Positions 52,241 through 64,000 of a DNA stretch of 64,000 bases are shown in pieces. The position numbers and the translations under genes are program-made. The DNA comes from an uncultured Bacilli bacterium (lineage in GTDB: Bacteria; Bacillota_I; Bacilli_A; RFN20; CAG-449). The DNA lies in contig CANQCZ010000003.1 of NCBI GenBank assembly GCA_947591215.1, positions 4,501 to 68,500 of the forward strand. Direction: 5' to 3'. The first letter of the stretch is position 1; the number at the start of each line of letters is the position of its first letter. The notes below the pieces were generated by a model. The model searched no databases. It saw only the letters and a list, made by a program, of their open reading frames with translations, and had not been told where the DNA came from.

Positions 52241-52290
52241 TTATCCACAATTTCAACAGCCATTATTATTGTTATTATTAATTTTTTCTA
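52241..52290 (+). other. oriC unwinding region (incC-like): DnaA boxes, GC spacer, DnaA-trios
   Basis: TTATCCACA (52241) + ATTTCAACA (52250) + GCC + ATTATTATTGTTATTATTA trinucleotide repeats + AT-rich tract, as in the B. subtilis basal unwinding system. Confidence 0.8.
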
Positions 52291-52308
52291 AGAAAGGAAT
52301 AAATAAAA

Positions 52309-53430
52309 ATGAAATTAACCGTCGATCGAGTCGAATTCTTAAAAACATTAACTACCGTTTACATCGCTATTGGAGCTAAATCTCCATCTCCGGCTTTGAT
52401 GAATTTTAAATTGGAAATGGAAAATGAACGTTTAGTAGTTACCGGCAGTAATAATGAAATGACGATTCAAAGTGTACTTCCAACTTCTCGCGAAAATAAA
52501 ATTATAATTTCCGATTATGAATTAGGAGCAACTTTAATTTCTGCGAAATATTTAATAGAAATTATTAGAAAATTAGATTCATCTTTAGTGACGATAGAAA
52601 TCATCGATCAAACTATTGTCAAAATCAGAGATGACAAGTCTGAATTTAAACTTAATTCGATGCGCGCTGAAGAATATCCTGATTTGGATTTAGATATCAG
52701 CGGCGAAGCTGTAGAATTTTCCGCTGAAGATTTTAAACGTATCGTTGCACAAACGGCTTTTGCAGCTTCCACCAAAGAAAGCAGCCCGATTATCACAGCA
52801 ATTAATGTAAAAGCCGACAATGATGTCATCGATTTTTCGGCCACTGATCGTTTCCGCTTATCAAAAAAGAAATTCAAAGTTTCCGATAATCATCAATTTG
52901 AAGCCAACATTCCAACCAAGACCATCGTCGAAGTTTCAAAACTTCTTGACGGAGGCGTTGTCAGAATGATTATTTCAGAGAAAAAAGTTGTGTTTATATA
53001 TGCTGAAACCACAATATTTTCTCGATTAATCGGAGGCGAATTCCCAAATACAACTCGAATGATTCCGTTAAGTTTTATGTGTACTTTAAAAATAAATTCC
53101 GAAAAATTTATCGAAGCAATGCAACGTGTTTCATTATTGGTCACTGAAACCGAAAGCATCGTTAAATTAACTTTAACGGAGGAAGAAGCGGTTGTTTCAT
53201 CTAGAAGTGAGCAAATCGGATCCGCTGAAGAAAGAATCGAATTATTTGAATATTCCGGAGGTCCGTTTACCATTTCGTTTAATGTCAATTATGTAATCGA
53301 CGCGATTAAAGCCGCGATGAGCGAAGATGTTATTCTTTCGTTCGTCGGAGAAACTTCACTTTTTAAAGTAACTTCTCCCAATGACGAAAGTCTGGTTCAA
53401 ATCGTTACCCCGGTAAGAACCTACAATTAA
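52309..53430 (+). CDS. dnaN: DNA polymerase III beta sliding clamp
   Basis: Follows dnaA; EEYP, ATDRFRL, SRLIGGEFP, FNVNY..DAI, V.PVR. Confidence 0.96.
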   Translation: MKLTVDRVEFLKTLTTVYIAIGAKSPSPALMNFKLEMENERLVVTGSNNEMTIQSVLPTSRENKIIISDYELGATLISAKYLIEIIRKLDSSLVTIEIIDQTIVKIRDDKSEFKLNSMRAEEYPDLDLDISGEAVEFSAEDFKRIVAQTAFAASTKESSPIITAINVKADNDVIDFSATDRFRLSKKKFKVSDNHQFEANIPTKTIVEVSKLLDGGVVRMIISEKKVVFIYAETTIFSRLIGGEFPNTTRMIPLSFMCTLKINSEKFIEAMQRVSLLVTETESIVKLTLTEEEAVVSSRSEQIGSAEERIELFEYSGGPFTISFNVNYVIDAIKAAMSEDVILSFVGETSLFKVTSPNDESLVQIVTPVRTYN

Positions 53431-53451
53431 AAATCCGGTTTGTGTTTAATT

Positions 53452-53482
53452 AAAAAATCGAGTGTTGTGGCTCGATTTTTTT
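53452..53482 (+). terminator. Intrinsic terminator after dnaN
   Basis: AAAAAATCGAGT-GTTGTG-GCTCGATTTTTTT. Confidence 0.75.
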
Positions 53483-53594
53483 ATGCTTTTTTTGATTGCT
53501 TTTTAGCCTTAGAATAAGATTGTTATTTATATTCATAAATAAATGTGTTAAAATAATTTAGTAAAAGTCTTTTTACAAACATAGGTGATCGGCG

Positions 53595-53802
53595 ATGAAA
53601 TATGTAAAAATTAAAAGCGACTTCATTACGCTTGGGCAATTCTTGAAATTGGCTGATCTTATAGGAAGTGGTGGAGAAGCTAAAATGTTTCTTAATTCAC
53701 GAATCGTTGAAGTAAACGGAATGAAAGAACAACGGCGTGGAAGAAAATTATTTCCGCACGACATCGTTAAAGTGGAGAGCGAAGAATTTTCGCTAGTCAA
53801 AG

Positions 53803-53813
<11 letters not shown>
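53595..53813 (+). CDS. yaaA: S4-domain protein YaaA
   Basis: FITLGQFLK....IGSGGEAK, VNG..E.RRGRKL. Confidence 0.93.
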
Positions 53814-56858
<3,045 letters not shown>

Positions 56859-56872
56859 GGAGGTAACCGGAA

Positions 56873-59482
56873 ATGGCAGATGAAAAAAATTTAAAAGAAT
56901 TCATCGACGAGACAATGGAAGAAGAAAAAGAAGAAAACGAAGAAGTTGTTGAAGATGAAAACGAAGAGATCGTCGATGATGAAGAAATAGAAGGAATCGA
57001 AGAAGGAATCGTTCCCGGAATGAGTGAACGCGATCTTGCAGAAGAAGTAAAAAACTCATTCCTTGATTACGCGATGTCGGTTATCGTATCTAGAGCTCTT
57101 CCCGATGTTCGTGATGGTTTAAAACCGGTTCATAGAAGAATTATCTTCGGAATGAATGCTTTAGGGATGCAACCGGATAAGCCGTATCGAAAATCAGCGA
57201 GAATCGTCGGAGATGTTATGGGTAAATATCACCCTCATGGCGACTCGGCAATTTATGGCTCTCTTGTAAGATTGGCACAGCCTTTCTCAATTAGATACAC
57301 ATTAGTTGATGGCCATGGTAACTTTGGATCAATCGATGGTGATGGCGCAGCGGCAATGCGTTACACTGAAGCGAGAATGTCTAAAATCGCGATGGAATTA
57401 GTCCGTGATATCAACAAAGATACTGTCGATTTTATGGATAATTATGATGGCGAAGAACAAGAACCGGTCGTACTTCCCTCCCGCTTTCCAAATTTATTGG
57501 TAAACGGATCTTCGGGTATTGCAGTCGGTATGGCGACCAATATTCCCCCGCATAATTTAGTTGAAGTTATAAACGCGGTTCAAGCGGTTGCTAAAAATCC
57601 GGATTTGACACCATTAGAAATTATGAGTTCGTATCTTTATGGACCGGATTTTCCGACAGGCGGAATTATTTTAGGTCGTTCCGGTATTAGAAAAGCTTAC
57701 GAAACCGGACAAGGTTCAATCGTTTTGCGTTCACGAACCGAAATTCAAGAAATGGCTAATGGTAAAAAGCGCATTATCATTAGTGAAATACCATACCAAG
57801 TCAATAAATCGTTGTTAGTCGATTCGATTGCCAAATTAGTGCATAACAAAATTATTGAAGGAATCACGGATATTCGCGATGAATCGAATAAACAAGGCAT
57901 CAGAATCGTAATCGAACTTCGTAAAGATGTGATTGCGGAAGTGATTTTAAATCAACTATTCAAAAACACTCAATTGCAAGTCAGTTTCGGCATTATCATG
58001 CTGGCTTTGGTTAACGGAGAACCACTTATTCTTCCAATTGACGAGATGTTGAAAAAATACCTAGAACATCAATGTGAAGTAATTGAAAGAAGAACGCGTT
58101 ACGATTTAAATAAAGCGTTGGATCGACTTCATATTTTAGAAGGATTGCTCACCGCTATCGATTCTATCGATGCTGTAATTGAGATCATCAGAGGTTCTAA
58201 AACGGCGGATTTAGCTAAATCGCGCTTAATTGAAACATTCTCTTTAAGCGAAGTTCAAGCGAAGGCGATTTTAGAAATGCGTTTAGGCCGTTTAGTGGGC
58301 TTAGAAAAAGATAAAATTGTCGATGAAATAAGTTTATTGAAAAATGAAGTTGAAAAATTCCGTTACATTTTATCGAGTCACGAACATGTCGTCAATATTG
58401 TTGTTGAGGAACTTGAAGAAATTAAACAAAAATACGGTGATGAAAGAAAAACCGAAATCAACAACAATTTGATCGATATTGAAGATGAAGATTTGATTCC
58501 GGAAGAAGACGTGGTCATTACTTTAACTACTAACGGATATATCAAACGTTTGGTGAGCGATACCTTTAAAGTTCAAAATCGCGGAGGACGCGGCATAAAA
58601 GGTATGCAGACTAATGAAGATGATGTTGTCGATAAAATCGTTTACGCCAAAACACATACCGATCTTTTATTCTTTACCAATAGCGGAAAAGTTTATCGTC
58701 TACGCGGACATCAGGTTCCGGAATATTCAAGAACCTCAAAAGGCTTGCCGGTTGTCAATCTGTTGTCATTAGAAAAAGATGAGAAAGTAATGTCGATTGT
58801 TTCGGTCGATAATTATGAAGATGGACAATATCTTTTCTTTGCGACCAAGCAAGGTGTGGTAAAGAGAGTATCGTTATTGGAATTTGCCTCGATTCGTCAA
58901 AATGGTAAAAAAGCAATCGTGATGCGCGAAAATGACGAACTGCTTTCAGTTAAATTAACTGACGGGCAATGCTTAGTGTCAATTTCCGCTTCAAATGGAA
59001 AGATGGTTACTTTTAAAGAGACAGATGTCAGAGTTATGGGAAGAAGTGCTGCCGGTGTGCGCGGCATGGATGTTCAAGATAGCGAAGCTGTCGGCTTAAC
59101 GATTTCTAATGAAGGAAAATACATATTATCGATAACCGAACATGGGTATGGAAAAATGTCTCCGCTTGAAGAATATCGTTTAACTTCAAGAGGGACTAAA
59201 GGCGTTATCACGATTAATATGACCGAAAAAACCGGAAAGTTAATTACTACTAAAGCGGTTAATGGCGATGAAGATGTCGTAGTCATCACTAAAGAAGGAA
59301 TCGTTATTAGAACGCAACTTAAACAAGTTTCCATCGTTGGACGTAACACTCAAGGTGTTAAGATTATTAGAGTCGACGAAAAAGATTCGGTGTCATCTCT
59401 TGCGATTCTTAAAGCTGAAGATAATGAGATTGCTGAAACAGAAAGTGAAGAATTAGAAGTTCAAAATAACGAGAATGATTAA
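56873..59482 (+). CDS. gyrA: DNA gyrase subunit A
   Basis: [28 protein letters not shown], GyrA-box QNRGGRG, beta-pinwheel repeats. Confidence 0.98.
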   Translation: MADEKNLKEFIDETMEEEKEENEEVVEDENEEIVDDEEIEGIEEGIVPGMSERDLAEEVKNSFLDYAMSVIVSRALPDVRDGLKPVHRRIIFGMNALGMQPDKPYRKSARIVGDVMGKYHPHGDSAIYGSLVRLAQPFSIRYTLVDGHGNFGSIDGDGAAAMRYTEARMSKIAMELVRDINKDTVDFMDNYDGEEQEPVVLPSRFPNLLVNGSSGIAVGMATNIPPHNLVEVINAVQAVAKNPDLTPLEIMSSYLYGPDFPTGGIILGRSGIRKAYETGQGSIVLRSRTEIQEMANGKKRIIISEIPYQVNKSLLVDSIAKLVHNKIIEGITDIRDESNKQGIRIVIELRKDVIAEVILNQLFKNTQLQVSFGIIMLALVNGEPLILPIDEMLKKYLEHQCEVIERRTRYDLNKALDRLHILEGLLTAIDSIDAVIEIIRGSKTADLAKSRLIETFSLSEVQAKAILEMRLGRLVGLEKDKIVDEISLLKNEVEKFRYILSSHEHVVNIVVEELEEIKQKYGDERKTEINNNLIDIEDEDLIPEEDVVITLTTNGYIKRLVSDTFKVQNRGGRGIKGMQTNEDDVVDKIVYAKTHTDLLFFTNSGKVYRLRGHQVPEYSRTSKGLPVVNLLSLEKDEKVMSIVSVDNYEDGQYLFFATKQGVVKRVSLLEFASIRQNGKKAIVMRENDELLSVKLTDGQCLVSISASNGKMVTFKETDVRVMGRSAAGVRGMDVQDSEAVGLTISNEGKYILSITEHGYGKMSPLEEYRLTSRGTKGVITINMTEKTGKLITTKAVNGDEDVVVITKEGIVIRTQLKQVSIVGRNTQGVKIIRVDEKDSVSSLAILKAEDNEIAETESEELEVQNNEND

Positions 59483-60488
59483 TATGAAAATTCTTTTGTA
59501 TTTAAAACCGCGAAAAGATCACGATCAGACAGAAGAAGTTACCATTCGTAATTTAAGGATTATGATCGAAAATATCGGTTATTCCTACACATTTAATATC
59601 GACGATAATTTTGATATTGCGCATTTTGTCTCGTATCGGGATCTCGATGCGATAAACAAAGTTAAAGAAATGGGAAAACCGATTGTCTTCAGTGGTTTAA
59701 ATAATACAAAAGATTTAAAACTTCAGATTGAAAAAGAAAACAATCGTCTTCCTTATAGTGTCAAGTCGGCGATTTTAAAAGCAGATGTGGTAATTGCACC
59801 CTCAGAAGAAATCAAAAAAATATTAGAAGAAAATGATATTTCCAATCCTATAATCGTGATGAGTCCGGGAATTTCAATGAGTCGATTTGGAACGATGGAC
59901 GAAATCGAAAGAACTTCGTTTTTAAAATATGCAGGGATCGATGAAAAAGAAAGATATTGTATCGGAATGCTTTCTGATAAAAATCTTACCGATTTACAAG
60001 ATTATAGTTATATTGCCGGAAAATGTCCACGATTAAAATTTTTCCTTTTTGGTGATAAACCGAAAAGACGCTTATTTAATCACCGATTAAATCAAATCGT
60101 AGATACGATTCCCAAGAACTTATATATCAAAGGAAATGTTGACGAAGACCTTTTTAAATCGGCTTTGATGTATGCGCAAGCTTTCTTGATGATTTCAGAT
60201 CATTATATCTCGGTAGAGACTATATTAGAGGCGATGGTTACTAAATGTCAAATTATTTCTCTTAACAACAAAATTTATTCAGAGATATTAATTGATAAAA
60301 AAACATCGATTAATGTAAACAATCTTGATGAGATGGTTTCAAAGGTTGCAAACATCGTTGATCAAAACGCAGTAGATTTATCAAAAGAAACCGATGATTT
60401 TTTACAAACACATTTAATCGATAATATCGCACCAAAACTTAAAACTATTTATGACCAATTGATTGATATATCTAATTCTAAGGAATAA
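59475..60488 (+). CDS. GT4-fold glycosyltransferase-like protein (Dgs-like, degenerate active site)
   Basis: MKILLY...[29 protein letters not shown]; lacks the Gly-rich loop and first Glu of EX7E. Confidence 0.65.
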   Translation: MINMKILLYLKPRKDHDQTEEVTIRNLRIMIENIGYSYTFNIDDNFDIAHFVSYRDLDAINKVKEMGKPIVFSGLNNTKDLKLQIEKENNRLPYSVKSAILKADVVIAPSEEIKKILEENDISNPIIVMSPGISMSRFGTMDEIERTSFLKYAGIDEKERYCIGMLSDKNLTDLQDYSYIAGKCPRLKFFLFGDKPKRRLFNHRLNQIVDTIPKNLYIKGNVDEDLFKSALMYAQAFLMISDHYISVETILEAMVTKCQIISLNNKIYSEILIDKKTSINVNNLDEMVSKVANIVDQNAVDLSKETDDFLQTHLIDNIAPKLKTIYDQLIDISNSKE

Positions 60489-60513
60489 GACAAAGATAAA
60501 CCTAAATAATCGA

Positions 60514-60542
60514 TTGAATTTATGAACTTTAAAGTTTAAAAT
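60514..60542 (+). promoter_or_regulatory. SigA promoter of the serS leader
   Basis: TTGAAT-N17-TAAAAT. Confidence 0.65.
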
Positions 60543-60550
60543 AAGATTAT

Positions 60551-60752
60551 TCGATGAACGGAACAAGTATTTGGTTAGCTTCTTAAGAGAGGTAGCGGTT
60601 GGTGCAAGCTATTGAAGAAACCGGAGAATTCCATCCGGGAGAAAGAAAGAAATTTCCGTCCACAGCGTTAATGTGAAAAATCAAGTGACATTCAAAAATG
60701 AATGTAATATGGGTGGCAACACGGTTTAATCGTCCCTTTATAAGGGACTTTT
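60551..60752 (+). promoter_or_regulatory. Serine T-box riboswitch
   Basis: GA motif, AGTA, AGAGA, GGTTGGTG loop, specifier TCC at 60630-60632, T-box GGGTGGCAACACG (UGGC pairs with G discriminator), terminator GTCCCTT/AAGGGAC-TTTT. Confidence 0.9.
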
Positions 60753-60770
60753 ATATTATAAGGAGGATTT

Positions 60771-62048
60771 ATGCTAGATCTAAAATTTGTACGTGAAAAT
60801 CCTGAACTTGTCAAAGAAAATATCAGAAAAAAGTTTCAGGATCAAAAGTTACCGTTAGTTGACGAAGTAATTGAGTTAGATAAGAAGGTCCGGGCTTTAA
60901 AAAATGAAGGTGGCGAATTAAGAGCGGAACGAAATTCGTCATCAAGTAAAATCGGACTTTTAATGAGAAATAAAGAATTTGAAGAAGTCGAAAAAATCAA
61001 ACAAAGAGTCGTAGAAATTAACGATCGCCTTTTGGTACTTGAAAAAGAAGAAGAGGAATTGGAAAGCGAATTAAAGAAACGGATGATGGTGATTCCCAAT
61101 ATCATCGATCCGACTGTTCCTATCGGTAAAGACGATAGTGAAAATGTCGAAATAAAAAGATATTTAGAACCGAAAGTCCCGGATTTCGAGATTCCGTATC
61201 ATCTTGATATTCTTGAAAAAGTCAAAGGTATCGATCTTGATAGTGCGCGTAAAGTCGCAGGAAATGGTTTCTATTATTTGACCGGTAATATTGCGCGACT
61301 TCACTCCGCGGTCATTACCTATGCGCGAGATTTTATGATCAATAAAGGATTCTTATATTGTATTCCTCCCTTTATGATTAGAAGCAATGTTGTAACCGGT
61401 GTGATGAGTTTTGCCGAGATGGAACAAATGATGTATAAGATCGAAGGCGAAGATTTATATTTGATTGGAACAAGCGAACATTCGATGATCGGAAAATTTA
61501 TCGACACGATTCTCGATAAAGAAAAGCTTCCTTACACCTTGACATCTTATTCGCCGTGCTTTAGAAAAGAAAAAGGCGCTCACGGCATTGAAGAACGCGG
61601 TATTTATCGTATTCACCAATTCGAAAAACAAGAAATGATCGTGGTTTGTGAGCCTGAGCAATCAAAAGAATGGTTTGAAAAACTTTATAACTATACAGTA
61701 GAATTGTTTGTTAGCATGAATATTCCGGTAAGAACTCTTGAGTGTTGCAGTGGTGATCTTGCCGATTTGAAAGTGAAATCGATCGATGTCGAAGCGTGGT
61801 CGCCGCGACAAAAGAAATATTTCGAAGTCGGTAGTTGTTCCAACTTAGGTGACGCTCAAGCACGACGTTTGGGTATTAGGATTAAAGGAGAAAAAGGAAA
61901 TTACTTTGCCCATACTTTAAATAACACGGTTGTGGCACCGCCAAGAATGCTTATCGCTTTAGTTGAAAATCATTTAAATCCGGATGGATCGATTAATGTT
62001 CCTGAAGTTTTACAACCATATATGGGTGGTCTTAAAGTTATTAAATAA
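60771..62048 (+). CDS. serS: Serine--tRNA ligase
   Basis: N-terminal coiled coil, GTSEH, SPCFRKE, RIHQFEKQE, EVGSCSN, HTLN; Ser T-box upstream. Confidence 0.97.
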   Translation: MLDLKFVRENPELVKENIRKKFQDQKLPLVDEVIELDKKVRALKNEGGELRAERNSSSSKIGLLMRNKEFEEVEKIKQRVVEINDRLLVLEKEEEELESELKKRMMVIPNIIDPTVPIGKDDSENVEIKRYLEPKVPDFEIPYHLDILEKVKGIDLDSARKVAGNGFYYLTGNIARLHSAVITYARDFMINKGFLYCIPPFMIRSNVVTGVMSFAEMEQMMYKIEGEDLYLIGTSEHSMIGKFIDTILDKEKLPYTLTSYSPCFRKEKGAHGIEERGIYRIHQFEKQEMIVVCEPEQSKEWFEKLYNYTVELFVSMNIPVRTLECCSGDLADLKVKSIDVEAWSPRQKKYFEVGSCSNLGDAQARRLGIRIKGEKGNYFAHTLNNTVVAPPRMLIALVENHLNPDGSINVPEVLQPYMGGLKVIK

Positions 62049-62075
62049 GAAAACTTAACTTTCTAATTCAAAAAC

Positions 62076-62104
62076 TTTAAAACAGCGTTTATTTTAAGTA
62101 TAAT
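62076..62104 (+). promoter_or_regulatory. SigA promoter of the SRP RNA
   Basis: TTTAAA-N17-TATAAT. Confidence 0.65.
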
Positions 62105-62110
62105 AATTAT

Positions 62111-62188
62111 GCCATCGCGACTTACGGAGACGAACCAGGTCAGGACCGGAAGGTAGCAGCCTTAAGTTGTTCGTAAGTGTGCGGTGGT
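62111..62188 (+). ncRNA. ffs: Signal recognition particle RNA, small (4.5S-type)
   Basis: Helix-8 motif TCAGGACCGGAAGGTAGCAG; terminal stem GCCATCGC/GCGGTGGT and CTTACG/CGTAAG; T-run after. Confidence 0.93.
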
Positions 62189-62200
62189 TTTTTAAAAATT

Positions 62201-62656
62201 ATGGATCAAGATAAAAAATTCATGCGCGAAGCCTTAAAGGAAGCTAAAAAAGCGCTTTTGCTTGATGAAGTTCCAATCGGTTGCGTAATTGTAAAAGACA
62301 ATAAGATTATCGCTAGAGGGCATAATCTAAAAGAAACTAAAAAGCAAGCGACAAAGCACGCTGAAATAGTGGCGATTGAAAAAGCCAGTAAAAAGCTCAT
62401 GTCGTGGCGCTTATTAAATTGTACTTTATACGTAACGTTAGAACCTTGTCCGATGTGTGCGGGAGCGATCTTTTTATCACGCATGATGAGGGTGGTCTAT
62501 GCGGCTTCAGATCAAAAAGGCGGAGTGTTAAACGAAACTTTTTCACTTTACGAACAACCTTTTGTCAATCATCGTCCGTTAGTTGATGGGGGAATACTAA
62601 AAAGCGAAGCGGAAGAAATATTGAAAACATATTTTAAAAATAAAAGAAATCGATAA
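62201..62656 (+). CDS. tadA: tRNA adenosine(34) deaminase
   Basis: EVPIG, HAE, TLEPCPMCAGA, F...R end; start moved to ATG 62201 because GTG 62177 lies inside ffs. Confidence 0.95.
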   Translation: MDQDKKFMREALKEAKKALLLDEVPIGCVIVKDNKIIARGHNLKETKKQATKHAEIVAIEKASKKLMSWRLLNCTLYVTLEPCPMCAGAIFLSRMMRVVYAASDQKGGVLNETFSLYEQPFVNHRPLVDGGILKSEAEEILKTYFKNKRNR

Positions 62657-62670
62657 ATTTGGACATACTA
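62641..62670 (+). promoter_or_regulatory. SigF/SigG-like promoter upstream of the 119-aa ORF
   Basis: TAAAA-N15-GGACATACTA followed by a GGTGA RBS; same layout as the spoVT promoter. Confidence 0.45.
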
Positions 62671-62687
62671 AGTCATGGTGATAAAAC

Positions 62688-63047
62688 ATGACTTTTTTTA
62701 AGATTATTTATCGGGTAGTTTATACTTTAGGATTATATTTGATGATTACTGTAACTGCCTTTGTGATGGTCGCAGTATTAGAACCCCATCAAGAAAGAAG
62801 TCCACGACAATATGACAATTTACCGGTTTATAAAACGGATGAAGTGGCAACCTTTAAAGGATATAAAAGCGAAGACGAGATGGTACTAATCGTAAAATTT
62901 AAAGGAGATCCCAAAGATAGTTTTTTGATTGAGTATGCCTTATATTATAACCAAGAATACGGCTTACCGGTTGAACTAGAAACCGAAAGAGGGGATGAAC
63001 CTCTCTTTGTAAAAGTCACTCGCGACGGGAAAGCATTTATCAAATAA
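62688..63047 (+). CDS. Hypothetical single-pass membrane protein
   Basis: N-terminal TM helix then about 90-aa soluble domain; GGTGA RBS; no family recognised. Confidence 0.7.
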   Translation: MTFFKIIYRVVYTLGLYLMITVTAFVMVAVLEPHQERSPRQYDNLPVYKTDEVATFKGYKSEDEMVLIVKFKGDPKDSFLIEYALYYNQEYGLPVELETERGDEPLFVKVTRDGKAFIK

Positions 63048-63053
63048 GATTTG

Positions 63054-64000
63054 TTAGGCTTCTAATAAAGCTTTAAGTATTTTTACGACTTTTTTCATTT
63101 CGTCGACGGATACGTATTCATAACGTCCGTGGCAATTATAATCTCCGGTTCCAAGATTTGGACAAGGCAATCCCATAAAAGTGATGTGAGCTCCATCGGT
63201 GCCACCTCTTATAGGATTAAAGACAATATCTTCTTTGGCTTTCTCAAAAGCGATTTTTAATTTGTCGATCGCCAAAGGATGATCTTTAAAATAATCGTAC
63301 ATATTGCGATAACTTTCCTTATAGGTGACGATGACGTTTACGTGCGGATATTTTTCTTGGATGATAGAAGCGTTTGTTAAAAACATTTGAACTTGTCTTT
63401 TCGCTTGATTGAGATCATGATTTCTGACGATATATGACATCTTGCATTCTTCGACACTTCCCTTGATATCGCAAAGATGATTAAATCCTTCATAGCCTTC
63501 TGTTCTTTCCGGAACCATATCTTTTGGAAGCAAATCGTGATATTCCATGGCGATAGTAATCGCGTTAAGCAGAAGATTTTTGGCACTTCCGGGGTGGACG
63601 CTACGCCCTAACACTTTGACCGAGACGCTATAGGCATTGAAATTTTCGTAATTAACTTCATTATAACGACCGCCATCGATAGTATAAGCGATATCCGCTT
63701 TCATTTTATGGATAGAAAAATGGCTGGCACCATTTCCGATTTCTTCATCCGGAGTAAAACAAAATCTTATCGGAGCGTGTTTTATCTCTGGATGCGATAA
63801 GTAGTATTCGATAATTTCAAAAATAATGACGATTCCGGCTTTGTCATCTCCACCTAAAAGATGCTCACCATCGGTAACGATCAAAGTTTGATTGAGATGA
63901 TCCTTTAAATTTGTAAATTCTTGAGGATCTAAACGATAAGTTTTATTTAATTCGATGATTCCTCCGTCATAATTCTCGATAATTTTAGGAGTAAAATTAC
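63054..64000 (-). CDS. pepT: Peptidase T (tripeptidase), 5'-partial
   Basis: Frame open to the window edge (NFTPKIIENYDGG...); LLGGDDKAG, FTPDEEIG, ENFNA, HPG.AK, PIRGGTDG, HG.YEY. Confidence 0.95.
   Translation of the reverse strand, partial: NFTPKIIENYDGGIIELNKTYRLDPQEFTNLKDHLNQTLIVTDGEHLLGGDDKAGIVIIFEIIEYYLSHPEIKHAPIRFCFTPDEEIGNGASHFSIHKMKADIAYTIDGGRYNEVNYENFNAYSVSVKVLGRSVHPGSAKNLLLNAITIAMEYHDLLPKDMVPERTEGYEGFNHLCDIKGSVEECKMSYIVRNHDLNQAKRQVQMFLTNASIIQEKYPHVNVIVTYKESYRNMYDYFKDHPLAIDKLKIAFEKAKEDIVFNPIRGGTDGAHITFMGLPCPNLGTGDYNCHGRYEYVSVDEMKKVVKILKALLEA

Noticed and set aside
56910-57010. GAA-rich stretch as a tandem repeat or mobile insertion
   Set aside because: Imperfect low-complexity Glu/Asp codons in frame with gyrA; no repeat unit or target-site duplication

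Overview
Core, mostly housekeeping window spanning the chromosomal replication origin of a low-GC Bacillota (Bacilli) genome using genetic code 11. The short SRP RNA, long YidC, CpoA/Dgs-like glycolipid synthases and reduced gene set suggest an Erysipelotrichia/Mollicutes-adjacent lineage (inference only). It contains rpmH-[oriC]-dnaA-dnaN-yaaA-recF-gyrB-gyrA-serS(T-box)-ffs-tadA on one side. On the other side are rnpA-yidC-jag-mnmE, a relocated tatD...prs...pth-mfd...ftsH-lysS-clpC block, rpsF-ssb-rpsR-gdpP-rplI-dnaB-walJ-rlmH, and an oppositely oriented dnaX...rsmI block. No mobile elements, CRISPR arrays, rRNA or tRNA genes were seen. The most notable signals are: (1) a compact endospore gene set (spoIIE, divIC, yabQ, yabP, spoVT, yabG, DUF1540) with Spo0A- and SigF/SigG-like promoter motifs, one of which flags an unknown membrane protein; (2) apparent cell-wall-pathway erosion alongside it (GlmU relic lacking both active sites, no walRK at its locus); (3) a ClpC-like ATPase lacking the M-domain, ClpP-docking loop and D2 pore loop, next to an orphan gene and a candidate sRNA; (4) a pseudo-glycosyltransferase coupled to gyrA; (5) a GyrA with an acidic N-terminal extension and Gly at the D87-equivalent quinolone position. 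All calls come from reading motifs by eye, not database searches.
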